From positions 17,980,001 through 18,044,000 of the forward strand of contig NC_086386.1 in assembly GCF_036588685.1 (NCBI RefSeq): a stretch of DNA of 64,000 nt. The letters run 5' to 3'. Of this stretch, positions 1 to 12,200 are shown piece after piece; position 1 is the stretch's first letter; the number at the start of each line of letters is the position of its first letter. The stretch comes from Mytilus trossulus. Lineage: Eukaryota. The position numbers and the translations under genes were made by a program. Below the pieces are notes generated by a model that saw nothing but the letters and a program-made list of their open reading frames with translations, did no database searches and was not told where the DNA came from.

Positions 1-151
1 TTATACGACTTAATTTAATGTAAAGTCTACCCATAAAGGACAGAAGGTTTTTAGTACTGGTGTAAAATTGCAAGTTTGAAAATCGCACAGGTAAAATGAA
101 AAGGCTCTAAATTATCTCCCCTTTGTGAAAAATGCCATTTCTTGGGATTAA

Positions 152-723
152 AGTCATAAGAAACCTCAAATAAAAAAAAAATAATGCATATGTTTTTTAT
201 AACTCAATGGATAGTTTTCATTGTAAAACTTATGTACATATACTTTTTTCTGAAGAAAATTCTTTAATTTATTCATATTTAGAAGAAGTTTACTTTATTT
301 GAATTGCTTCCTTCCAGCAAGCAATTCCCCCGATATATTTTCCGTATGCAAGGTGACCTCAGTGTGACCCATCTCGTAAAAATCTGGTGACCACAATACG
401 CATGGATGTCCTTAAAATAAACTATTATCTGAATTTACATGTTAAACACGTGCTCAATTTCCATGCTTTTTTGTTTATTTTTCGTCAATTGTTGACAAAC
501 AGGTGACAATCGTTAAACTTCGGCTTCAAAACACGAACTTTAATTACCTGCCATATTTTCACAACAACACTGACCGATTGAAAAAAAAATTGACGATTAT
601 ACGAAATTTACACGAAAAAAATGATAAATTTGAGCACAGAAGACTAAGTTTATGATGTTTGTATGCATTGGTTTAAGAATTGGAAGAACATTATTTTTCA
701 CCGGTCACTCGTTTCTTATGACT
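152..723. mobile_element. Non-autonomous DNA transposon with TTAA target duplication (Kolobok/piggyBac-like MITE)
   Basis: 13-bp TIR AGTCATAAGAAAC ... GTTTCTTATGACT, flanked by TTAA at 148-151 and 724-727. Confidence 0.75.
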
Positions 724-1022
724 TTAAGATTGATTTTTTTTTTTTCAGTGACCTATATTTTTTATTATATTTTTCACTTAAACTGTATTTGAATTATGAC
801 TATGATTCTTTTAACACCTACAGTTAAGTGACTATGATTCTTTTAAAAACTGCAGCCAAGTGAGTATGATATAGCTAAATACAATATAAAAGGATATTGA
901 ACATATATATATCAGTTAAGAAAAAATAAGCAATTAAAGTAAGTGAAATATAAAAATTCTTGCAACTGTTTGAATTAATTTGTTCTTAAATTGATTATAT
1001 AAGGGTCAGATGTGTGTTATAG

Positions 1023-4000
1023 GTACCATGTTCCAGAGCAGATGTATTTAACAGTAAAGAAGTATCTATGTTAGAGAAGAGAATGTTGATGAAGTTTCTA
1101 ACATCATGTGCAGAATATAATAAAAATCCAGCAGATTATGAAGGTACATTTACAATATATTGATGGTTTATTTTACAATATATCTCTATATAATTCTTAT
1201 ATGATTTGCATGTCTTTAAATTAATGAATTAGTTTTGTCAATTCGAATTTTTCTCAAAGTTTATACCTCGATAAACCAGGTTTCCAAAACTACTTTCGTA
1301 ATCTATTCATGCATGATACACAAGCTTGCAGGGATCCGGGGATTTTCAGCAAATGGAAATTAAAAAACAAATATATAACAGTTGTGTCTATTTTAGTGCA
1401 TATATAACAAAGAAAAAATACAATAAATGCACTAAAGCTTCGCAAATGTATAAATTACAAATTCAAATAAAATTCTGTGAAATTGAACATATACTGTGGG
1501 ATTGTTATTATGTACAACAATTTATTGAGAAAACTGAAATGTGGTTTCTCCAGAATGGTATTAGTATACCATTTACACAAGATATATTTTTGTTTGAAAT
1601 CTATCACGAATGTACAAAGGTGACCCTCAAAACAATATTTTTCTCTGGATTAAACAATATATATATAATACACGATATTTTAAAGGAAAATTAAGTTTAA
1701 CAGCATTGATTGAAAAAATAAAGCATCATTATATTTTGGAGAAGAAGATATCAATTAAAAATAAATGTTTTGACAAGTTTAATCAAGCTTTGCATTTACC
1801 AAGAGGCTTTGCAGGATAATTTGGTGGATTAGGAACTATTAAAAAAAATATCAGACATCAAAGTAAATTTTTTTATAATAGTTTTTTTTGGTTTTTTTGT
1901 TTTGTTTTTTTTCTTTTTCTTTATCATCTTTTAATTCTTTTATTTATTAATTCTCTATACTTTATTTTTGTATGTCCTTTTTAATAAGATACAATTATAA
2001 AATCCAAACAAAATGTTATTTTCAAGTTCTATACATTTTCTGATAGGTTGTATTATATTACATTTATATATATGAACTTACTGTTTGATAACTGTACTGT
2101 TGTATATTATATATATGTTGGATAAAAAAATAAATAAAAAAATCTGTGAAATTTCATGAATGATTTGGCAAATTTCAAATGGAATTCTCAATTAGATAAG
2201 CAAGCTAACAATAAGTTGTTTAAACCTACAATTTGTCAAAATTTACTGGTGCAAACTTAGACCAAGTAGTAACAAATAGAATGATAAGAATTCTTAATGT
2301 TTTCAGCTTTTACAGACAGACCCTTTACAGATTATTTGGAATCAAAGAAACTAACCAAAAATATAAAACATTTTGTACAGCATTCCATTGCCATGGCTAC
2401 TAGTGAAACATTAACTCCTGAGGTAAGTTATGAACGAATATATATATATGTATACATATATGTGTTTAATTTTTTAATCAGTGAATACAATTTCATACTG
2501 ATGGTGAAAGTAACCCAAATTTAGATCTATGTTTTTGATGTATTCATCAGTTCTATACTAGTTTAAATAGTTGATATTTTTTTGACTTGTTTTTTATACT
2601 TCAAGCTATGAGCAATGTTATATGATATATAAAAACGAAGATGTGGTATGATTGCCAATTAGACAACTCTCCACAAGAGACCAAATGAAACAGAAATTAA
2701 CAACTATAGGTCACTGTACGGTCTCCAACAATGAACAAAGCCAATACCACATAATCAGCTATAAAAGACCTCAAATTGACAAATGTTAAACAATTCAAAT
2801 GAGAAAACTTATGATGTTATCATATTGATCAAGACATATAGTCTTACATATATTTGCTATAATTTACAGGGTTTAGCCAAAACCAAGAAGTTTTTACATT
2901 CCCTTGGACGTTATGGAAATACAGCATTCCTCTGGCCTTTATATGGATGTGGTGAACTTCCCCAAGGTTTCTGCAGGTATTTTATTCAATAATAAATGAC
3001 ATGATAGAAACATAAAAATTGTAAGCTTATATTGAAATGAAATGCAATTACAGAATATTATATTATATCTTGAATAGTATCACTGTATCATCAGGGAAAA
3101 AAAACATAAAACTCAGTCAATCATAAAAATAAAACTAGATTTGAAGAAGGTCTGTTTCAAAAAAAACTTTTGACAGTTTAAGATAAGTAAATAGATGTTG
3201 ACGGGGAGTATTTTGATAGCTATTTCGCTTAGGTTAAGTCATTGTTGATATTTTCATAAGTTTGAAGCAGTAATTAATGAGAGTTTATTTTGTTACAGAA
3301 TGTGTGCTGTTTTTGGTGGTGTTTATTGCCTGAAAATGTCAGCTAGTCATTTGGTTGTAGACAAAGACAATAAGTAAGTTAATTACTCTTGAAGATACAA
3401 AAGATAAAATGTTAAAATATGAATAGAATAGTTTTGATGGACATTTGAAAATATTAAAATTTACTCCCCATTGATAAATGAAAGCAATCTTTACCCTTCA
3501 ATGCTTACAAGCACTTGGATATTTCAGTCACTCAACCTTTTTTAAACAAATGAAAGTAGTGTTAACTCTTCAAAATGTTATTTTTAATAACAATGTTTTA
3601 TCAGTTATATTTACACATCAGAAGATTGAAAGTAACTAAAGGAGGTAATGAAAATTGACAATGCATTTAGAAAAAGTCTTCAAATTAAAAATTGTAATAT
3701 ATAAATGAAAGGAGATACATTTATTGGGTTAATATTAATATGAAAGCAATCAAACAACACAAAAAAAACATCATGAACATTTTAAATTGTTGAAAATATG
3801 ATACCAGTATACAAAGCTATTGTTCAAGATTCAAAATATTAACAGTTATCTCCCATTGTCCACCAAATAATATTTACTTTTTTTTATAGATGTACTGGTG
3901 TGATATCAACAGATGGAAAGAAATTGACTGCTAAGTAAGTTATCTCTGTTTCTCTAAAATTAAGAATGGAAATAGGGAATGTGTCAAAGATACAATAACC

Positions 4001-7000
4001 CGACCATAGAGCAGAAAACAGACAAAAGCCTTCAAAGGGTCTTTAACACAGTGAGAAAATCACACAACCAGAGGATTAACTGACCCTAAAGAAAGATGAA
4101 TATATTTAATACAATTATAAATATAAAGTGTATCTCAGAGTTTTATTGACAAAATTTATAGTGGTTTTGACCTATGTTGAGAAGAAAACAATTATAACTC
4201 ATCTGTTATCATATCTTAATAGTCATATAGTCCATATTTTAAGATACCCAAAAATTTAAAAGGCAGTTACAAAAACTAGTGTTTATTTTAAGTGATAGAT
4301 ATGGCTACATTTTATATTGATACATGTTTTGTTCTATAATTTTGATACTTTTATTTTCAGATATGCGATAATAGAAGAATCATCTGTGCCTGTTCCACTG
4401 TTTAATGCTTCCAATAAAAGGTAAATCATTATGAGTATTTACCCAATCTTTTTCCAAGAAAAAATTAGCTTGAAAAGCTCTGACATCTGAAAGTCAAAAT
4501 TGCGTTTTTATACCAGGAAGGTGCAATAAAACAGATTATGAGAACTAGTCAAATCAGGTTTAAAAAATTTGAAGACAACAATGGAAACCTAAAAAAAATA
4601 TATATACAAAGCATGCAAAATATGCTAATTTTAAGTGAAGATTTACTCTAGAAGGTACATATGTATTAGTTTAGTATAAGTGTTAGTTTTATATTCTTTT
4701 CTAACTTACTTCTATTAAGAATTTTGTGTAATAATTTAAGACTTTATACTGGACATACACATTCTTTCTATTAATATTATGTCATTCCTTTGTTATATGA
4801 TTTGTTTTATATTTGTATTAGGTATATATCCAGAGCAGTGCTGGTTACAGACAAAAGTATAGTACATGGTTCCATTTATATTATGTCATTCCTTTGTTAT
4901 ATGATTTGTTTTATATTTGTATTAGGTATATATCCAGAGCAGTGCTGGTTACAGACAAAAGTATAGTACATGATGGTTCACAACAGGTAGGCTTTAACAA
5001 TGTGTCGTATTGTAAAGACGTATATATTATCGGGTTTTCTACACATTGATATCGTAAAATATCATCCGCAAGCCATAATATGAAACTTTTTGGCGAGTGA
5101 GTGTAGCGAACAAGCTAAAAAGTTTCACATTGTGTCAAGCAGCTAATATTTTAGGATATCAATGTGTAGAAAACTCGATTATCTGTTTATCGTTCTATTA
5201 ATGGTCTATTTTCCTCTCCCTAAGACAGTTCTACGCTTGACGAAAGCAAGCTTGATAACGTCTCCTCTTGCATTGTGACGTCCCTGATAACTTCTCGCAC
5301 ATTGTGATGTCGCTGATAATGCCTGGTCTTGTTTTAAAGTCTTGATACGAGGATTACTGAGCAACAGAGCAGGGTGATATAGGCGTAGGGAAGGACATTA
5401 AATGTTATTTATCAGACACATCAAAATGTAGATAAATTTCAATCCTTTATTGCCTATGCTTTTATATGCAAATATGGATTCCAATGGTGTACATATTTTT
5501 AAGACTGTAAATAAATGTTTCCATTTCAAAAATCAGAAATAAACACATTACTTATATGGAAAGCTTTGGAATCCTGATTTGAGATAAGTAAGTCAAGTTG
5601 ATTTTTTTATGGTACAGGTGGGGACAGAAATCTGAATTTATTTCGGTCCACCCTGCAAGCACAGTTAAAATTTTGATTGGATTGATTTTCTTCATTTTAT
5701 TTTTTTAACATAATATTTCGAAGGTTATTTCCCTTTGACTGTTGATGAAAAGATTTTGTTTTACATCATTATTAGACAAGACAATTCTTTACTTTCTTTT
5801 ACCCTTTACTTATTTAATAAGCCTGCTAATAGATCCCAATGATTGGTTGACTGAAGGTTACCTATTGTCAACAACAAATATAACATGCAGGACACACACA
5901 TGCCATTGTTATATAGTTCATCTTCTGTTGATTTTTTCAGTTATCTTTGTTACAAATACCTAATAGTGATGGACGCTACTTAACAACTGTAATAGAGTTA
6001 CCACCCTCTTCTATGTCCAGTCCTTCACCTCTAAGTAAGTATAATGTACACTGTATTTTGATGAAATTTATTTATACTTTATCATTGTCTGTTTAGTATT
6101 GATTCATGCAATAATAGACAACAATTATTTTTGAGATTTTCAATTGTAAATCTTTACCACGATTTGAATAGATTTCTTGAGGCTAGAAATTTGTCAAAAC
6201 GATGTAGTCAAGTATGCATAAAAGTACAATTTTACCTCAATCCACAACAATTGGTCCCATTAATAATAGATAAATCCACAATATTTGTTACTGGTAGTGG
6301 ACTATGTATTGGTATGCATTACTCTCATAATGCTTATTATAGTTAGTTTTGATGAAATATTTAGGACCTGTTTAAATCACTTTAGTGTATCACCTGTTTT
6401 GAGCGTCTTTATGCTTTTATAGATTTTGTAATCATGTGAGTTTTCCTTACGAGGGTTAGTTCAGATAAGCTCTCAAAATGCATTAAAGATAGGATTCATG
6501 TTGGTTTTTTTTTCAGCAATAAAAACTAGACCATCATGAAAATTTTGTGAACAGTAACTTTAAATACTACCATACAACAGTGATTACTAGATGTACACAT
6601 GGATACACACAAAACAATAAATATTGATTGCTCCTTTAAATTTTAGATGTTGTACATATAACCATGGAAACAGAAAATGAAGATACTACACCAGAATTAG
6701 ATTTACAAGATATTGTAAATAAACTATTCCAGACAGAACCTAGTCAAGGTAAATCAAATGTTTTAAGTACAAGTGAGAGATTTAGGTTTAATCCACCATT
6801 TTGTACAGAAGGAAATGCCTGTAACTAGTCTGGAATTTGACAGTTGTTTTCCATTTCTTGATGTTTTTGAGCTCTTGATTTTGCCATTTTAGAAAGGGGT
6901 TTCCATTTTGAATTTCCTTTGAGTTTGGTAGTATTGCTATTTTACTGTTAACACTATTTTACTGTTAAAGGTTTATTATTAAAAAAGTAGATTCACAATT

Positions 7001-8174
7001 TGTCAGGTCTTCAGGCCCAAATCTATTTAGACTTTGACTATAAATGATTTTTTTTTATAATTGAAGATCATTTATTGACTTTAATTTTTCAAGTTTTATT
7101 TTAATGCTTGGTTTCTTTCTTATGTATATCACCTGACATATTGATTTATTGGTATTTGTCTGATATTCTCATTATTTTTATGTTTTAGATGATAGTAAGC
7201 CAGTGATAATGTGGTCCATGTTTTTCAAGAGAGAATTTTACTGTGATGTATCAGTAGATAGGACTGTGGTCCCAGAGAATGTGATAGTGATTCCTGGACC
7301 AGGGCCACAGTTGGACCTAGATATTGTTGTAGACCAGGTAAAATGACAGGGTTTTAACTGTTTGGTGACTCATAATTGATTTTCAGAATTGTAACAATTT
7401 TATAACATAACATTTTTGAAGATATTTATTTTCAAGGTGATTATTGATTGATATATTATTTATTTGTATATTTTGGAATAAGATCTTTTTAGTTTTAAGG
7501 CTAATTGAACAAATGAAAGTATAAACATATGGAAATTTAAAAATTTTAAACAGTCAATTCAACTTTTTATTCTAGTACTATGTTTGACTAGGGTCACTTG
7601 AGTTGTAACAGCTTGGAACAGCTACATGTGTTAAGTTACAGGTTTAAACTATTTCTACCGCACCAACCCTTCCCTAACCTGGGACAGATGTCAGTTTCAT
7701 GTTTTTGATTTCCTTTTTGTTTATCCCACTTATATCATATTTTAATCAGATATTGTTTTCTTTCTTTAGTCAAGAGCTATATTTGAGAAGTTAATGCCAG
7801 GAGAAGACTTCTTACCCAGACCACCAAATCCAGAGGATATCATATATATTGATGATGCAGAAAAGGCTGTTAAGGATGAAAGTAACAAATCAGACTTTAC
7901 AGAATCTGACCAATCAGAATCTATCAATAAGCCAAATGACCAATCACAGTCAGATAATTTAGACACCACAGAATCTAAATCAGACCAATCAGAATCTATC
8001 GATATACCAAAAGACCAATCACAGTCTGAAAATTCAAACTCAAAAGAATCTAAATGTGACCAATTAGAATCTATCAATAAGCCAGATAACCAATCACAGT
8101 CTGATATTTCTAGCCAAAGAGGATCATCAGATCAAACAGTTACAACTGACAAAGTAGAACCAAAAACAAAATAA
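1023..8174 (+). CDS. CHM: Rab escort protein (Rab geranylgeranyltransferase component A, REP/GDI family); 3' 11 coding exons, 5' part upstream of window
   Basis: AG/GT-bounded, phase-compatible exons 1023-1143, 2307-2422, 2870-2976, 3299-3373, 3890-3934, 4361-4420, 4926-4986, 5941-6034, 6647-6748, 7189-7337, 7770-8174 (1335 nt, open). They translate [26 protein letters not shown]...HSIAM...[40 protein letters not shown]...[12 protein letters not shown]...[10 protein letters not shown]...[16 protein letters not shown], which are hallmark REP-1 motifs. Confidence 0.95.
2630..2810 (+). repeat. Dispersed short repeat family (AGATGTGGTATGATTGCCAATGAGACAACTCTCCAC...)
   Basis: Related copies at ~20940-21120 (+), ~26225-26410 (-), ~40530-40800, ~46585-46750 (+), ~51290-51460 (-) and ~55025-55160 (-). 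Confidence 0.75.
4774..4972 (+). repeat. ~95-bp direct duplication (offset 104 bp) of an intron 3' end plus most of a CHM exon
   Basis: ATATTATGTCATTCCTTTG...GTATTAG|GTATATATCCAGAGCAGTG...GTACATG occurs at 4774 and at 4878. Confidence 0.9.
5027..5180. repeat. Imperfect palindrome, probable transposon end
   Basis: ATCGGGTTTTCTACACATTGATATCGTAAAATAT ... ATATTTTAGGATATCAATGTGTAGAAAACTCGAT, with inner arms TGAAACTTTTT/AAAAAGTTTCA. Confidence 0.6.
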
Positions 8175-9200
8175 TATGAATTTGTATATGAGAAAACACT
8201 TATATATCATGTAATAAAAAAAGATTATCAGTCTTTGCGAAAAGGTGCAGATACTTTATAAAGCATTTTCTTTTGGAATAAGATTTAATGATGTTGAATT
8301 TTTGAACAATTTTCAAATGATGTAAGACTTCAAGATATCTTTTAGTTCTCTGTCATTTCTTATTATCTGACAGAAAGTGTCATGCATTTGATTGAACCTT
8401 GGTGTCCGTAGCTCATGATTCTCAAAGGAAGACATTTCTATAATAAAGAAAATTTTAGCTTTCTCCGCTACTTATGCATGTTATGTGTATATGTTTATGT
8501 ATAAGGTATGTGATATTTATAAGGGAATGCTGCAATATTTTCGTTTAGTTTATTATGTTTTTAATTGTTACTGACTGTTTGATGTGATTGAAAAACTGTT
8601 TTGTTACAGTTGTGAAAACATGTTGTTGATGAAAAGCATTTCCTGCATTATTTAATAGTTTTATGTTATTGTCTAAAGATAAAGAGAGGTTTTGTAACCA
8701 TTGTTTATTGATATCGAATTAATATCAGATCATATAAATTATGGAAAGTAAACAAATGATCTTATTTTTGTTTGTATTTTTATTACATTTGAGTAATGCA
8801 TAACCTATTTTTGTTGTTCTGAGCTGTAATTTATAGTAAGCATGTCAATAAAATATGAATTACTATTTCATTTAATAATTCCAAACAATGACATTTGTAT
8901 TAAGTGACAAATCAAAATATTACACCTAGTCTTTAAAGATTACATGTACATCATTATCCTTGAAATAAGTATTCTATTTTAGTACTCTTCATGTATGCAA
9001 TGTAATTGATCAATAATGATGCTAGAAGAAAAGTTTAACCGAAAAAGAACAGTATAAATATATAAATAAGAAAAATAAGTTTAAATCACAATTTGATTAA
9101 CTGTGTATATTTTATTAAAGTTACATTTATATAACAATAACGAAAAAATGATACCTGCAATATTAACATATAAAGTTTATATAAATGAAAACAGAAAATA

Positions 9201-12200
9201 TTATTGTTGAGGTCTATGACTCTTTTCATCTAAAGCCTGGACTACACCTTTCTGTAAGACAACTCCATGGTTGTGAAGAAGCATAGCAGGCCATACAATA
9301 AAGTCAACATAGATACCAGTTTTTGTAAACATTTCAAAACAGTTTGTATCTAGCTCCCAACTAACACCAGTATCAAATACAAAGCCTAATGGTGGATCCT
9401 GGATGGCACTATACCAACAGACCTCCAAACAGGACCTTACATAGGGTTCCAGCTCTGAGGGTATGTCCTTGGTTCCTGTTCCTGATTCTGGGGACATAAA
9501 TAACTGAAATGGAAAGTTAGGAAAACTACTTTAATTTCTATTCCTTTCTTAGCAATTGGCTGGACACATTTATCAATATAATATTTAAGGAAAGAAGCAA
9601 GGTTTATCTTCCTGATTTAGAACTTCAAGTTTTCAACAGTAATCTTCCAATATTGTAAATTTGTTTGTCTACCAATTACTGATGTACATTTGATAAATTA
9701 TATGCCCTTTACAAATCCATCTGATGTTTAGTTAAGTTTTACAATGGAGTCTTTTATATGTATGAACTCACATTTAGAATTATTATGTTAAAGATGACTT
9801 GTTTACAGACTTTTAAAAAAATGTATTGTTACAAGCAGAACACCTTGGTAGCAAATACAGAAGTCCTTCGACTTCCTTACCTTTTTTGCACCCTAGAAGT
9901 TGCTGTAATTGGTATAGACAGAAAAATGTAATCTTTATTTGACTTTGAAAACACCTTATTGCTATTTTGTCCTATCTGGGGAAAACACACATTTATACCA
10001 CATCGGTTTGGGTCAGGCCGCCAAAAAAGAGGTCATCAGTAGTGAGCTGAGGGAGGAAAAACTTAAGAAAGCTATAATCAAGAAAGAGTATGATTCACTT
10101 TTAAATTAAAATTGAAGTAAAAATATATTTTGTTTGAAGTATTTACGTTAGTTTAAACAAGTCTCATTAAAAAGTATCATGCATGGTGAATTGTTTAAAC
10201 AGGGTCCCAAATAGCTTCAACTAGATACAAAAAAGTTGTGTAATTTTATAACTTATCCGGAATGGAATAAATAGAGATTAGGTGTATAGCCAGGTTATGC
10301 ATGGATACAGTGCTTTAATATAACATGTGTCTTGTGCTGTTTGTAGATTCCTTGTGGGATCTTTGATTTAATATGCAACACAAAAGGAAGTTATGTAGTT
10401 TGAGGGGTTTGTGTCATTGTTATTTTGTTTATCAATATGGACAATAAGTGAATCTACTTACACCATATAAATTTGCTATTGTCTGTTTAGCTATATGTTT
10501 TCTTGTTTCTTTTACTACCTTTAAGTTTTTAACTGACAGTTGAGGAATGTTGAACTGAAAAAAAATATATGAAAATGAATAAAAGGAGATAATAGTTAAT
10601 TTCAATCAGAGAGAAACCATAACATAATTTAAACCCTTTTTTTTTATTTCCTTATTAAACATGTGAAAACATCATCCAATAATTCTGCAATGGTTTATTT
10701 TATTCAGCTTCATGTTTCATCTATTTTTGCCGAAAACTAGACTATTAACCTAAACCAGTTTAACATCCATCACACCTCTGACAACTTGGTCATGATTTCT
10801 TAACCAAGAGCCACTCATTTATACACGATATATGTTATGGGAAATACATATTGATCTTTTTAACAACTTCTCTGTACTTAGTAATAGATCACATGATTAC
10901 CATCCACTTATTTTCTTTTTTTTTTTGCTTGATGAAGTGCTATTAGTTAAAGACTTTTTTTATTGTATTTTATAAAAGATATTTACCGTTGACTCCACAC
11001 TCATGTTAGGACCATAAGGTACTAGATAAGTCATCTCTAAAATGTGTAACTGGTGCCTAGATAAAGCACAGCAGAACTCCCAACAATCCTGGTATAAATG
11101 AGAAAAAATATTATCAGTATTTAGCTTCTTAGTAAATGTGGTTTAAAAAGAAATTGTAAAGGATATATTTCTTAAAAATACAACAAATTCATTGGCAGTC
11201 CAAAAAAATGAGCAAAATGAGCATGTCTGACTAAAACAAGATATGCTGTAAGCAGGTTTAATGATTCCTGTACATTTAACAGCTCTATTACACCATTATA
11301 TTTTATAACAAATAAACTTATATTTATACCTTAAATATTGTAAGCAAATAAACACAGGACAGTTTTTCATCATTTAGTTTCTCGTTTGCTATTTCATAGG
11401 CTCTGGGCCATACATTCTGGTAAACTTGATTAAACATGTCTGCTATCTTTGTTGGTCTGATATTCTCCTCCATATTAGGTATATCTGGCATTTCATCAGG
11501 TGTTTTCTCTGTTATATATTTTGAAAGTCTGCAACAACAAAAAAGATGGATACTGATCATGCTAGGGTAAATGTATGTGAGGTTGGTCATATAAAAAGGT
11601 AAATGATCTCCAAATAACTTAGGATTACCTAAGTAAATACAGAAACTGGTGTTGCTTTTTTAAGTGAAACTCTTGATCCTTACTTTAAAATCAATGTATG
11701 AGTATTTTTCTTTCTCAAGTATCTCCTCATGTAATTAATAAAATAGAACTGCATGGTGAACTTGTTCCTGCAGAGGATGTTACAAATGTTTTGTAGTGTT
11801 GTGCCCATCATTTATTTTGTTGTGTTATAAATATTCAGTTTGGACAAAAATGTTCCTGAAACAGCTCACATGCAGAATTAAAACGTGTAAGATATTGACC
11901 ATTTTCCTCATTTTCATGAAAAACAAATGTTTGTACTTGCGTTGTCATATACAGTTCTTTATCTCCAAGGATTTCTGTCTTCTCTTTCTCTATACCCTCA
12001 ATTTGTTTCTGTAGCTTTTCTACTTGCTGATTTAAATCCACAATAACTGAATCTCTAGATTTTCCAGCCTTTTCCATAACAAACTGTGTCATTTGTTTGT
12101 TTAAATCTACGTTTTCTGTTTTATAGTTTTCCAACTCATCGTGTTGTTGACGTATTGAATTCTCAAAGTCAAGAACTTGTCTGAACAATGAAAATGTTGA

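Noticed and set aside
1326-1819. ORFs of 122 and 69 aa
   Set aside because: They lie in a CHM intron, with AT-rich composition and no recognisable motif.
7766-8077. Antisense 103-aa ORF with SDWS repeats
   Set aside because: Shadow of the repetitive last exon of CHM.
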